IMG/VR virus record: IMGVR_UViG_3300032579_000006
Reading direction: 5' to 3' (one strand)
Source of the DNA: a virus
Taxonomy: Duplodnaviria; Heunggongvirae; Uroviricota; Caudoviricetes
Length of the DNA: 64,000 nt
Shown here piece by piece: positions 28,434-38,900 of the stretch. The notes beneath the pieces are model-generated. The model had not been told where the DNA came from, ran no database searches, and saw only the letters and a list, made by a program, of their open reading frames with translations. Position numbers and translations under genes: made by a program. Each line of letters starts with the position of its first letter. The stretch's first letter is position 1.

Positions 28434-29078
28434 ATGGCAACAGCCTCACAATCATTGTTCAATATGACCGTAGCGTCTGATAATGCTGGTGGCAATCAAG
28501 GCCTGTTGATGCCTAAACTACAGTTCAGATTTCGTGTCAATTTCTTGAACTTCGGGGTTGGGTCAACAGCAGGACTGAGTTTGACTAAGCAAGTAGTAGA
28601 TTGCTCTCGTCCAAACGTTACGTTTCAAGAAATCACTCTTCCAGTATATAACTCAACCCTATATCTAGCTGGCAAGCATCAGTGGCAAACAATCTCGATC
28701 AACATTCGTGATGACGCTTCAGGCAGTGTTTCTAAGGCAGTAGGTCAACAAGTGCAAAAGCAAATGGACTTTGTTGAACAAGCATCTGCGGCTACCGGTC
28801 AAGACTACAAGTTCCAAACTAACATCGAAATTCTCGATGGTGGTAACGGTACTGCTACTCCGCAAGTTCTTGAGACCTGGGAGCTTTATGGTTGCTTCGT
28901 TCAAACTGTAAACTACAACACATTGAACTACGGAACAAATGAACCGGTAACTATCGCACTTACTATTCGTTTCGACAACGCAATTCAGTCTCCGCTTGGT
29001 TCTGGTGTTGGAACACCTGTAGTCCGCCCACTATCAGGTACAACTGGTTCTGTAACAGGTATCGGTGGAACTACTTAA
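28434..29078 (+). CDS. tail tube protein (T4 gp19-like)
   Basis: Immediately follows the sheath. The C-terminal region (ETWELYGCFVQTVNYNTLNY...PVTIALTIRFDNA) resembles the gp19 core. ATAAATA lies at 28405 and the SD is AGGAG. Confidence 0.65.
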   Translation: MATASQSLFNMTVASDNAGGNQGLLMPKLQFRFRVNFLNFGVGSTAGLSLTKQVVDCSRPNVTFQEITLPVYNSTLYLAGKHQWQTISINIRDDASGSVSKAVGQQVQKQMDFVEQASAATGQDYKFQTNIEILDGGNGTATPQVLETWELYGCFVQTVNYNTLNYGTNEPVTIALTIRFDNAIQSPLGSGVGTPVVRPLSGTTGSVTGIGGTT

Positions 29079-29093
29079 TAAAGGTCATACAGT

Positions 29094-30272
29094 ATGACTG
29101 GATTTATTCAAGATTTACTACAGGACGCTGCCGGAGCCTTCTTCGGCAGCGACTACCTTAGAGACTATACACACGCATCAAAAACGTTTAGGACAAATGC
29201 ATATCAAAATGCTCCTAAACTAAAGTTCCTTTTTCATACATATTTTGAAATTAATCCGGCGGTGTACTTTCCTGGATCTCAGACCAATTATGGTCTATTA
29301 GTAAAAGAGGTTAAATTACCATCATTCTCTTTCAGTACTTATCAGATGAATCAATACAACAGAAAGAGAATAATTCAAACTAAAATCAAGTACGAACCTA
29401 TAGAAATTACTTTCCACGATGATACTGCAAATCAAGTTAACAAAATGTGGGAAGCATATTACGTTTATTATTACAACGACGGTGCTAGATCCGGATCGGT
29501 ATTAGCTGGCGACCCGGGTAGTCCGCCCGGAGCAAATGGCCCGCGTGATGCAGCATATAATGACAGAAATATCTATCAAAATAGCCCCGCTGCAACATAT
29601 GATTGGGGTCTTGTGGGCGGCACTGGCGGAACCCCTACGGACGTGCAAGCAAACAAAAAGGTTCCCTTCTTCAAGCGCATAACCGTGTTCGGGTTTGATC
29701 AACACAAGTATACTGCATATACCCTAATTAATCCTATAATCACGAATTTCTCACACGACTCGTACAATTACGCCGAGGGTGCCGGCACAATGGCTAACAG
29801 AATGACAGTCGATTATGAGACGGTGTTGTATAATAACGGTGGAATGGATGGCAGAACTCCAGGTAACATTGTAACTTCCTTCGGTGATCCCGCAAACTAT
29901 GATACTACTCTGAGTCCTATTGCTAAGCCAGGTTCTCAGGGCACTATTTTCGGACAAGGCGTATTAGTGGATGCAGCAGGAGGGTTTGTAAATTCACTAA
30001 ACGAGGGTAACCCAATTGGTGCTATTATGGCTGCTGGAACAGCGTACAACACGTTTAAAAATACCAACCTTGCGCTCACTGCTAAAACTGAATTGAACAC
30101 TATGTTAGTGAACTCAGTACAAAACACACCAAATACTAGAAACACATTATTCAACTTCCCAACTGCAAGATCAACTCCAGGTCCTGCCGGATTAGCAGCA
30201 TCACCTGTCATTGGTGCAGTGACCTCTGCTATAACAGGAAGCAGAACAGCCGGAACTCAAAACAATAGTTAA
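29094..30272 (+). CDS. tail tube-like paralog (tube initiator or terminator candidate)
   Basis: N-terminal 150 aa have a tube-like pattern. The C-terminal extension is Gly/Ala/Thr-rich. Confidence 0.4.
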   Translation: MTGFIQDLLQDAAGAFFGSDYLRDYTHASKTFRTNAYQNAPKLKFLFHTYFEINPAVYFPGSQTNYGLLVKEVKLPSFSFSTYQMNQYNRKRIIQTKIKYEPIEITFHDDTANQVNKMWEAYYVYYYNDGARSGSVLAGDPGSPPGANGPRDAAYNDRNIYQNSPAATYDWGLVGGTGGTPTDVQANKKVPFFKRITVFGFDQHKYTAYTLINPIITNFSHDSYNYAEGAGTMANRMTVDYETVLYNNGGMDGRTPGNIVTSFGDPANYDTTLSPIAKPGSQGTIFGQGVLVDAAGGFVNSLNEGNPIGAIMAAGTAYNTFKNTNLALTAKTELNTMLVNSVQNTPNTRNTLFNFPTARSTPGPAGLAASPVIGAVTSAITGSRTAGTQNNS

Positions 30273-30292
30273 TTTACAGCATAAATACTAAT

Positions 30293-30652
30293 ATGGCAAG
30301 CATTTCATCGATAGATCAAGTAGATCAAACTATTCGCATTTATGACAACTTCTATAATAAGCAGTTGACTATAAATGCGGCTGACTACGATATAGTGTAT
30401 TCATATTTTAAGGGCAAGTCAAACAACGCAGACATTGCATCTAACATGACAACTATTCTGTTTAGAATCGCGCAAACTGGAAATTATAACGTTATGGACT
30501 TGTTAGAGATTGTTCAGGGCGCCCCTAATAATCTACAGATGAACACTATTCTTTGTTATTATTTGAATACATTTAAGTCAAATAATTCTTTGTATGGCGT
30601 CGGAAATATTCCAAAACCAAACGAAGCAGTACAGCGCAATGTAGTGCAATGA
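30293..30652 (+). CDS. hypothetical protein; predicted leaderless
   Basis: ATAAATA at 30281-30287, then 5 nt, then ATG. No SD. Confidence 0.4.
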   Translation: MASISSIDQVDQTIRIYDNFYNKQLTINAADYDIVYSYFKGKSNNADIASNMTTILFRIAQTGNYNVMDLLEIVQGAPNNLQMNTILCYYLNTFKSNNSLYGVGNIPKPNEAVQRNVVQ

Positions 30653-30653
30653 T

Positions 30654-31088
30654 ATGGGTAAATGGGCAAACGGCATATACACTCCCAAAAACCCTGAGAA
30701 ATATATAGGTAAACACGCACCTAGATATAGATCAGGCTGGGAAATGACGTTCATGACCTTTTGCGACAGTAACAAAAATGTGCTTGCTTGGGCAAGTGAA
30801 TCAATGTCGATTCCATATCGTAATCCATTAACAGGAAAACCATCCAACTATATTCCTGATTTTTTCGTAGTGTATGAAAACAAATTTGGTAAAAAGATTG
30901 CTGAAGTAGTAGAAATCAAACCAAAGAAGCAAAGTCTGATTGAAAGCAGGACAGCAAGTGCTAGAGATAGAGCCGCAGTTGCAGTGAATCATGCTAAGTG
31001 GGCCGCGGCCAAGGCCTACTGCCAGTCGCAAGGGTTTGCCTTTCGCGTAATTACGGAAGAGGATTTGTTCTATAATGGGCGCAAGTAA
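30654..31088 (+). CDS. PD-(D/E)XK fold protein (T4 gp4 head-completion-like)
   Basis: IPDFFVVYE...EVVEIKPKK gives a PD...E-x-K arrangement. Confidence 0.35.
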   Translation: MGKWANGIYTPKNPEKYIGKHAPRYRSGWEMTFMTFCDSNKNVLAWASESMSIPYRNPLTGKPSNYIPDFFVVYENKFGKKIAEVVEIKPKKQSLIESRTASARDRAAVAVNHAKWAAAKAYCQSQGFAFRVITEEDLFYNGRK

Positions 31089-31100
31089 ATAAATACTTGC

Positions 31101-31586
31101 ATGAAAAAACTTGAAGAACTATTTGAGTTATCATCCAAATCCAACGAGCCAGACTCGTATGATGACGCCTCCTTACCAGAAAATACACAAGAAGTAACCG
31201 AATCTGCACTTACAAATTTAGATAAAATTGAAGCAGCCTTACCGCTGGTTAAAGGTTTAGAGGCCGCTGATGAGGAGATGGATGAACTTGCTGATATGGC
31301 AAAATCTAGCTATAAGGATCTTGTCGATTTAGGTATGCAAGTTGAATCCAGATTCAGTTCGGAAATATTCAACGCAGCTAGCAGTTTTCTTGGACATGCA
31401 ATTACTGCTAAGACAGCCAAAATAAATAAAAAACTAAAGATGCTGGACATTCAGCTTAAGAAAGCGCAACTGGATCAAAAGGTTCAATCCAAAAATGAAG
31501 AAATAGAAAGTACTCCGTTAGGAGAAGGGAAATCACTCGACCGCAACGAGTTGCTTAAGATGCTTAATCCGAAAAAAAATGAGTAA
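31101..31586 (+). CDS. acidic coiled-coil protein (scaffold-like); predicted leaderless
   Basis: ATAAATA at 31089-31095, then 5 nt, then ATG. Confidence 0.4.
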   Translation: MKKLEELFELSSKSNEPDSYDDASLPENTQEVTESALTNLDKIEAALPLVKGLEAADEEMDELADMAKSSYKDLVDLGMQVESRFSSEIFNAASSFLGHAITAKTAKINKKLKMLDIQLKKAQLDQKVQSKNEEIESTPLGEGKSLDRNELLKMLNPKKNE

Positions 31587-31603
31587 CAAGAATAAATAGT
31601 ATT

Positions 31604-32038
31604 ATGAGCGACATTAGAGAAATAATTGAATTATTAGAAGATATTTGGGCTGAACCCTCTGAGGGCGATGTTTTGGAAATCGAATTAGGTGATCAGGTTA
31701 TTGAAACCACGATCAGTGAAGTTTTAGACGATGGCGTAGTCATTCATATAGACGAACAAGCTATTAGAATCCTAATTGATGCTAAAAAGCAGCTAGATGA
31801 AGCAAAGTATCAAGGGCGTACTGTCCCATTAAACAAGCCTATGCAAGGTGATGTTAAGAAATCAAAGGTATATGTTCGCAAACCGAACGGCAAAGTTGTA
31901 AAGGTCAACTTTGGTGACAAAAATATGCGCATAAAGAAAAATAGTCCAGGCCATCGCAAGAGTTTTCGTGCCAGACATCACTGTGAAAATCCGGGTCCAA
32001 AGTGGAAGGCTCGTTATTGGTCTTGCCGAGCTTGGTAG
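31604..32038 (+). CDS. hypothetical protein with basic Cys/His C-terminus; predicted leaderless
   Basis: ATAAATA at 31592-31598, then 5 nt, then ATG. Confidence 0.4.
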   Translation: MSDIREIIELLEDIWAEPSEGDVLEIELGDQVIETTISEVLDDGVVIHIDEQAIRILIDAKKQLDEAKYQGRTVPLNKPMQGDVKKSKVYVRKPNGKVVKVNFGDKNMRIKKNSPGHRKSFRARHHCENPGPKWKARYWSCRAW

Positions 32039-32109
32039 TCATAGTGTCGATTCGTTAAAAATCGACAAACAAATGATAAATATAATATAAGCTAATTGCA
32101 AGGATCCAC

Positions 32110-32733
32110 ATGCGCTCATTAAAACAATTCATTGCGGAAAGTGTATATACTTACAACTACACGATCAAGATCGCTGGTGAAGTTGACAAGAATTTCCTAG
32201 AACTCTTTAAGTTCAATCTAAAAAAGTTTGATCCGATAAAGATTTCAGATCCAGTGTCCACACCAATTCAAAAAGACCCATATGGTTTCGTAGGGATCAC
32301 TAACCAACCAGTACACGTCATTAAAGCAGAATTCAGATATCCTGCTACTGAAACGATGATCCAGCAAATCGCACAGTTATTGGGTCACAACATCAATTAT
32401 GTTCGTGTAGTAGGTACAGCATTTGATGACAGCATCAATAGTGAAGCCGAAGGCTATGCAAACGAAGCAGATCATAGTCCGGTACTAAATCACCTAGAAC
32501 TAGAAGAACAACCTGGTGCAAAAGAAGCAGCCAAAGCATATGGCAATTCTTATCTAGACAGCATCAAAGATCAAGCAAAAGATTCAAAACTTGACATTCC
32601 TTATTCCGGAACAAAGACTCCTAATTCATATGATCCGTTCAAGCCAGAAACTCAATTTGCTTCTATGGGCAAAGAAAGTCCTATGACTAAGATTACTAGA
32701 CCTGCGAAGCCTTCAACTGGTGCAAAAGGATAG
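32110..32733 (+). CDS. hypothetical protein
   Basis: ATAAATA at about 32076, then an AAGGA SD. Confidence 0.4.
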   Translation: MRSLKQFIAESVYTYNYTIKIAGEVDKNFLELFKFNLKKFDPIKISDPVSTPIQKDPYGFVGITNQPVHVIKAEFRYPATETMIQQIAQLLGHNINYVRVVGTAFDDSINSEAEGYANEADHSPVLNHLELEEQPGAKEAAKAYGNSYLDSIKDQAKDSKLDIPYSGTKTPNSYDPFKPETQFASMGKESPMTKITRPAKPSTGAKG

Positions 32734-32736
32734 CCC

Positions 32737-35250
32737 ATGAAAAATTTATTAGATAAAATGACCCAATTGGAAGCTAAAGCAATTCCAGAAAAAGTGAACA
32801 CTGCACCAAAGAAGAAAGTACTTAAGGAGTCTGCTGCAAAAAAGGCACCTACCACACTTAAAGGAATGTTTGAGCAATTGAGCGAGACTCTTGCGCCCGG
32901 GCAAAAGCCAATTCCTGTAGTAAACAAGCAAGGTGGAACTCAACAGACTGGTGCGGGTTTTCTAAACATCACAGATACGTCACCTAGCGGTAAAGCATTG
33001 CAACAAGCATTAAGCCAATTGGGTCCGGCTCAGGCACAAATAGTAGTTCCTACTCAGCCAGGTCAATCAGGACAACAGTCTGGCACATCAGCCGCAGGTA
33101 AGCCTAATCCAAATCAAATGCAACAAGGACAACAGTCTGGCACATCAGCCGCAGGTAAGCCTAATCCAAATCAAATGCAACAAGGACAACAGACTATGCA
33201 AGAAGATGATCTTGACGAAAAATGGGCTGGCAACACAAAGGTAAACCCAGCCAAGAAGGGTATGTTCGCTGGTAAAACTAAGGCTGAATTGGAAAAGCAA
33301 CTAGCTGCATTACACAAGTCAGGACCGCACAAGAAAGGTTCACCTGAATACACTAAGCAACAAGAATTAAACTTCGCTATTCGTGCAAAGAGCGGATGGA
33401 AGAAGGACTCAGTTGAAGAAGACCAACTTGATGAAAAGTATATGGGTTTTGAAAAGGTTGAAAAGGCCGCAGCTAAGTCCGGTGCAAGAGACCCTGGCGC
33501 AGTAGCAGCATCAATCGGTCGTAAGAAGTACGGCAAAGAAAAGTTCCAAAAGGCAGCAGCATCTGGCAAAAAGTTGGGTGAGGCTGATTTTGCTTCAACT
33601 CAGGGTATTGACACACGAGGTGCTGGCTTAGGTGCTGGCCGCAGTCCAACTACACTAGAAGGTAAGAAGGCTAAACCAGATTTTCTAGATTTAGATAAAG
33701 CTGAAAAAGATGCTTCTGATGAAAAATCAGCACTTCAAAAAGATAAATTCAAGAAGAAAACAGTCAATGAATTAAGTGCTAATACTTTAAATTCCTATAG
33801 GGATAAAGCATTAACTGACATTGATAAAAAGAACGCAAAAGGTGATTATTTTGGACCAAAAGGTTCCTTATATAGGTCATTCAAAGCTGCGACAGCTGGA
33901 GAAAAAATTACCAAACAAGGTTGCACACCAATTACTAGAGATAACAGAAAAGAAGTGAAGGAAAGCATGAGCAATAGAATCTCGGCCGCCCGCCTCGAGG
34001 GCAAATCACATGGTCTTAGAGGCCATGCTTACGCAGGTAAAAACTATGATGATATGGAAGAGTGCAGAGCATATCATGATGGATACAAAGAGGGACTCGA
34101 TGAGTGTCATGGTCAAGGAATGTATGAAAGCGCACTAGACATGCCGATTGAATCTACACCGGCTGCAACAGTGCCTGGTATGGCATCAAAGGCTCTTCCT
34201 GAAGACGATATGGATGAAGGCAATGCTTTCACTGCGGCTCTTGCAAGAACACCAAAAGGTTCTAGCTTTAAGTTAGGTGGAAGAACTTTTAAGGATCGTT
34301 CGAATTATGATGCACCAATGCATGAATCTGACTTTGCATTTGAGGCTTTGGATAAGCAACTAAACGATTTACTCAACGAGGGTCTTTCAGTTTCTATTTC
34401 TAAGGGCAATCAAAATGCACCTGACTCCGTAACTATCACTGCACAGGATGCAGAAGCAGAACATCTTCTTGCGTTCGTAAAGAATGCAGGTCTTGGTATC
34501 TTTGGTGGAGAAGAAGTTTCTGAACCAGTAAGAGGATTCAGTGTTGCACCATCAAGTGAAGTCAACACTCCAGGGGACATTGAAGTAGTAGATGACCATG
34601 ATGATATGCTTTCACTCATGAAGAAGTTATCAGGAGTTCATTCGGGAGGCCATGAAGGATCTTCTGAAGACTACGCAGACGAAGATGAAGATAGTGGATG
34701 CGATGCATGTGGTCAAGCAGAATGCGAATGCGATGCACCTCCTATGAGACAAATCGGAGAAGTAGAATCTGAAGATCAAATGGAGTTTGAAGTCGCAGAA
34801 GATAATGCACCGGATAACGGTTCGGCTAATTCAACTAATGATACTCAAGGCAATGCTGAAGCCAATTCATCGGTAGCATCGTCAGACGTTGGTCAAGACG
34901 AAGAAGAAGGTGAAGAAGACGAACGCGTACAAGAAAGCTACGATGACGAAGAAGAGGAAGAAGACGACGACGAGGATCCTAGATTCCCTCGTAGGCACCC
35001 AGACGATCCACGCGGCGGCGACGACGACCTCACTGAGTGGGCAAATGATGCCGGCGGCAACGTAGCAGATACTACATTCGAGCAGGACATAGATTTCATG
35101 ACCAAAGTCATCTCTGGCGGGCTAAACAAGCAGAAGTCAACCGGTCAAACTACTATTCCAGTTATTGCTAATCAAAAGGGTCGCACTAAGTATCACGACA
35201 TAAACGAATCTATCAATGATTGGGCTAAGTTAGCAGGAATCAAAAAGTAA
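32737..35250 (+). CDS. large low-complexity, highly charged protein (internal/ejected or scaffold-like candidate)
   Basis: 837 aa with a 57-nt perfect tandem repeat (GQQSGTSAAGKPNPNQMQQ x2, about 33067-33180) and a poly-acidic tract EEEEDDDEDPRF. Followed by a terminator. Confidence 0.5.
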   Translation: MKNLLDKMTQLEAKAIPEKVNTAPKKKVLKESAAKKAPTTLKGMFEQLSETLAPGQKPIPVVNKQGGTQQTGAGFLNITDTSPSGKALQQALSQLGPAQAQIVVPTQPGQSGQQSGTSAAGKPNPNQMQQGQQSGTSAAGKPNPNQMQQGQQTMQEDDLDEKWAGNTKVNPAKKGMFAGKTKAELEKQLAALHKSGPHKKGSPEYTKQQELNFAIRAKSGWKKDSVEEDQLDEKYMGFEKVEKAAAKSGARDPGAVAASIGRKKYGKEKFQKAAASGKKLGEADFASTQGIDTRGAGLGAGRSPTTLEGKKAKPDFLDLDKAEKDASDEKSALQKDKFKKKTVNELSANTLNSYRDKALTDIDKKNAKGDYFGPKGSLYRSFKAATAGEKITKQGCTPITRDNRKEVKESMSNRISAARLEGKSHGLRGHAYAGKNYDDMEECRAYHDGYKEGLDECHGQGMYESALDMPIESTPAATVPGMASKALPEDDMDEGNAFTAALARTPKGSSFKLGGRTFKDRSNYDAPMHESDFAFEALDKQLNDLLNEGLSVSISKGNQNAPDSVTITAQDAEAEHLLAFVKNAGLGIFGGEEVSEPVRGFSVAPSSEVNTPGDIEVVDDHDDMLSLMKKLSGVHSGGHEGSSEDYADEDEDSGCDACGQAECECDAPPMRQIGEVESEDQMEFEVAEDNAPDNGSANSTNDTQGNAEANSSVASSDVGQDEEEGEEDERVQESYDDEEEEEDDDEDPRFPRRHPDDPRGGDDDLTEWANDAGGNVADTTFEQDIDFMTKVISGGLNKQKSTGQTTIPVIANQKGRTKYHDINESINDWAKLAGIKK

Positions 35251-35270
35251 TCATTATGACAAATTGAAAT

Positions 35271-35298
35271 AGCCGGGTTTGTTCCCGGCTATTTTTTT
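35271..35298 (+). terminator. rho-independent terminator
   Basis: AGCCGGG-tttgtt-CCCGGCT followed by TTTTTTT. Confidence 0.75.
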
Positions 35299-35337
35299 GG
35301 ATAGGGAGTTTATAATCTAAAACGATAAATACATATC

Positions 35338-35922
35338 ATGAATGACCCGTTATCCTTTTACGTATATGCATATCTTCGCAGCGACGGGACGCCTTATTAC
35401 GTCGGTAAAGGTAAGGGCGACCGAGCATGGAACCATAGTAGGTCTGATACCGTACATCCACCGCAGGATAAGCGAAAAATTATAATTTTGGAATCCGGGT
35501 TGACCAACTTGGGTGCTTTGACACTTGAACGAAGAATGATTCGTTGGTATGGGCGCATTGATTTGGGCACAGGTATACTTAGGAACCAAACTGATGATGG
35601 TGGTGATGGTGCATCTGGTGTCAAACAATCACAAGAAACGATAGCAAAACGAGTAGCCTCTTCCAAGGGAAAGGCTATGGGAATGACAGGAAAAAAACAC
35701 ACGGTTAAATCTAATGAACAACGTAGACTGTCGATGTTAGGTAAAAATACAACTCCTCATACTACGGAACGCAGATTGGCTAATTCTAGGTCAAAGCTTG
35801 GTATGAGATACAAATCACAATATATCCTTAATTGTCCACATTGCAATACTTCCGGAGGAAGTTCAAACATGAAGCGATATCACATGGATAATTGCAAACA
35901 CCTACAAAAGGTAATAGTATGA
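35338..35922 (+). CDS. GIY-YIG homing endonuclease
   Basis: [27 protein letters not shown] matches the GIY-(x10)-YIG core. ATAAATA lies at 35325-35331, 6 nt before the ATG. Confidence 0.7.
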   Translation: MNDPLSFYVYAYLRSDGTPYYVGKGKGDRAWNHSRSDTVHPPQDKRKIIILESGLTNLGALTLERRMIRWYGRIDLGTGILRNQTDDGGDGASGVKQSQETIAKRVASSKGKAMGMTGKKHTVKSNEQRRLSMLGKNTTPHTTERRLANSRSKLGMRYKSQYILNCPHCNTSGGSSNMKRYHMDNCKHLQKVIV

Positions 35923-38900
35923 GTCAACAGAACATAGATTTTGGTACTTTTCCAGACGATCCAAATGCGGATGCAATTCGTATTGCATTTCAAAAAACCC
36001 AGAATAACTTTAGTCAACTGTTTGACACGCTACAATCTCAATCAGTTTTATCTGTAAATAAATCTCAGGGCGCTGGAATTACTGTCAACTCTCCTACAGG
36101 AAATGTGGTAGTATCAGCTAATATTGCCTGTGTTCAGGTAACCAGCACTACATTAGCCGTCGGTATCAACGGGTCAAATAACTCCGGTAAATCAGGAGGC
36201 CTTGCAACAGTAACTAAATCTACAGACATTCTTCTAGTAGATTTACCATATGATGTTGCTAACATTAATAATATTACTGCTGCACAAACTATCACGGCAA
36301 ACGACATTGTAGCTAACAATTCCTTCACATCTACTTCATTTTCTGCTACTGGTAATGTGTCTGCAGGAAATCTATTTTCTACTGGTAACATCTATGCTAA
36401 TTCAGGCAATGCGAATGTATCAAATGTTAATGCGGGAAATGGTTACTTTACAGCGAACCTATCAGTAATTTCTAATGTTTCTGCTGGCAATGTTTATGCA
36501 AACTCAGGTACAGTGGGCGCAGCTACTGGTAATTTTTCTGGAAATGTTAATGCAGCTAATGCTAATTTAGGTAATACCGTAACTGCAAATTTCTTTAGCG
36601 GAAATGGATACTATCTTACTGGTGTAATTACTGCACCCGGACCTAAAATTGTTAATGGTGCTAGCTATACCAATATCGCTACTTCAGGTGGAAACGTAGT
36701 TACAGCGGTAAATGGCAACACAACATTTACGGTTACGTCGACCGGAGCTAATATATCTGGTACCTTAGGTGTTACTGGAAATATTACTGCCGGTAATCTC
36801 GACGGCGCCAATAGTGTTTTCGCTAATTATTTAACCGGAACATTAACTACTGCTGCACAACCGAACATCACATCAGTTGGTACTCTCTCTAGCTTAAGTG
36901 TTAATGGAACTGTTACGGCTCCCAACTTCACTGCTAATACAGGGGTGTTTACAGGTAATGGTAGCGGTCTATCATCTATTGCCGGCGCCAATGTAACCGG
37001 TGCAGTCGCATATGCTACAACTGCTAACTCGGTAGCCGGAGCCAACGTTTCAGGTACAGTAGGTAGCGCAACCAATGCAGCCGCAGTTCTTAGTAACTCA
37101 GCCTCAACTGGTACTTATTATATTCCATTCATATCATCAATCGCAAATGGTAACTATACACACGCATCAAATGCTAATTTCAGCGCAAATCTATCCAATG
37201 GCTATATCACAGCAACTGGTTTTGTAGGCACACTTAGTGGCTCTGCTACATCTGCAACTACAGCAGGTACAGTGACAACTAATGCACAACCAAACATCAC
37301 ATCAGTTGGTACTCTCTCTAGCTTAAGTGTTAATGGAACTGTTACGGCTCCCAACTTCACTGCTAATACAGGAGTGTTCACGGGTAACGCTAATGGATTG
37401 ACTGGAATTCCTGGAGCCAATGTCACAGGTGCAGTCGCATATGCTACCACTGCTAACTCAGTAGCAGGAGCTAATGTGTCTGGTGCAGTCGCATATGCTA
37501 CCACTGCTAACGCAGTAGCAGGGGCGAATGTTTCAGGTACAGTTTCTTCGGCTACGTCTGCAACTAATGCGTCCGCAGTATTAAACAACGTACAAACAAC
37601 TGGTACTTATTACCCAGCATTCATATCATCTACTGCTAACGGCAATTATGCGCACGCATCTAATAGTGCATTTAGTGCTAATTTTGCAAATGGTGCACTT
37701 TCTGCTACTACTTTCGTAGGTACATTAAGTGGTGCGGCCACTACAGCAGGCACAGTAACAACAAATGCACAACCAAATATTACATCGGTTGGCACTTTAA
37801 CAGGGCTAAATGTTAACGGTACAATAACTGCGCCTAACATCACTGCAAACACTGGTGTATTTACCGGTAATGGTAGTGGTCTGTCAGCTATTGCTGGCGC
37901 TAATGTTACTGGTACGGTTTCGAGCGCATCGACTGCAACTACTGCAACTACTGCGGGTACAGTAACGACGAATGCACAACCAAATATCACTTCAGTTGGT
38001 ACTTTAGCTAACTTAACAGTAGGAAACGCATCGGCCAATACTCAATTTGGAAATGGAACAATTAACGCCGCTGGTAATGTTCAAGCTGCAAACTTGATTG
38101 GTCCTCTCGCATCTGGTAATTCTAACGTTACTATCACTGCCAACAGCAACGTCAACATTTATGTTGCAGGTAATGCTACATCTCAATTAACAGTGACCTC
38201 AACTGGTGCAAACATCGCAGGTTATGCAACGGTTGCCGGTAATTTAACTTCAGCTAATGCAAACTTAGGAAACTTAGCAAAAGCTAATTACTTCCAAGGA
38301 GACGGCGGACTGTTAAGTAACATTACCGTTTCAGGGGGAACTTCTATTGTTAACGGTAATAGTAATATTGCTGTAGGTGCCAATAGCAACATTACGATGA
38401 GTGTTGCTGGTGTTTCCAATGTAATGGTAATTACCAGTACTGGAGCAAACATTACCGGAACATTAACAGTAGGAAACGTATCTGCAGGAAACATTACCGG
38501 TAATGTCACTACTGCTGCTCAAGGAAATATTACCTCATTAGGTACTCTTACAGGGTTAACTGTTGCTGGTCCCGTAAACTTAGGACCAGCAAGCAATCTA
38601 ACATTATCCGGTGGATCAGCTAATCAGCTACTTGTCTCTAACGGCGCCGGCGGCGCAGCATGGCAAACTGTAACTAGCTTAACCCTTGCTCCGGGCTCTA
38701 ATACACAAGTATTGTTTAACGATTCGGGTAGCTTTGCTGCAAACAGCGGTCTCACCTTTAACAAAACAACTGGAGCACTTACTGTTACTGGAAATGCTAA
38801 TACCGGTAATATTGGTGCAAACAATGCAGTGTTCACGTCTGTTACAGGTACGTTAACTACTAACGCACAACCAAACATTACTTCAGTTGGTTCGTTGACC

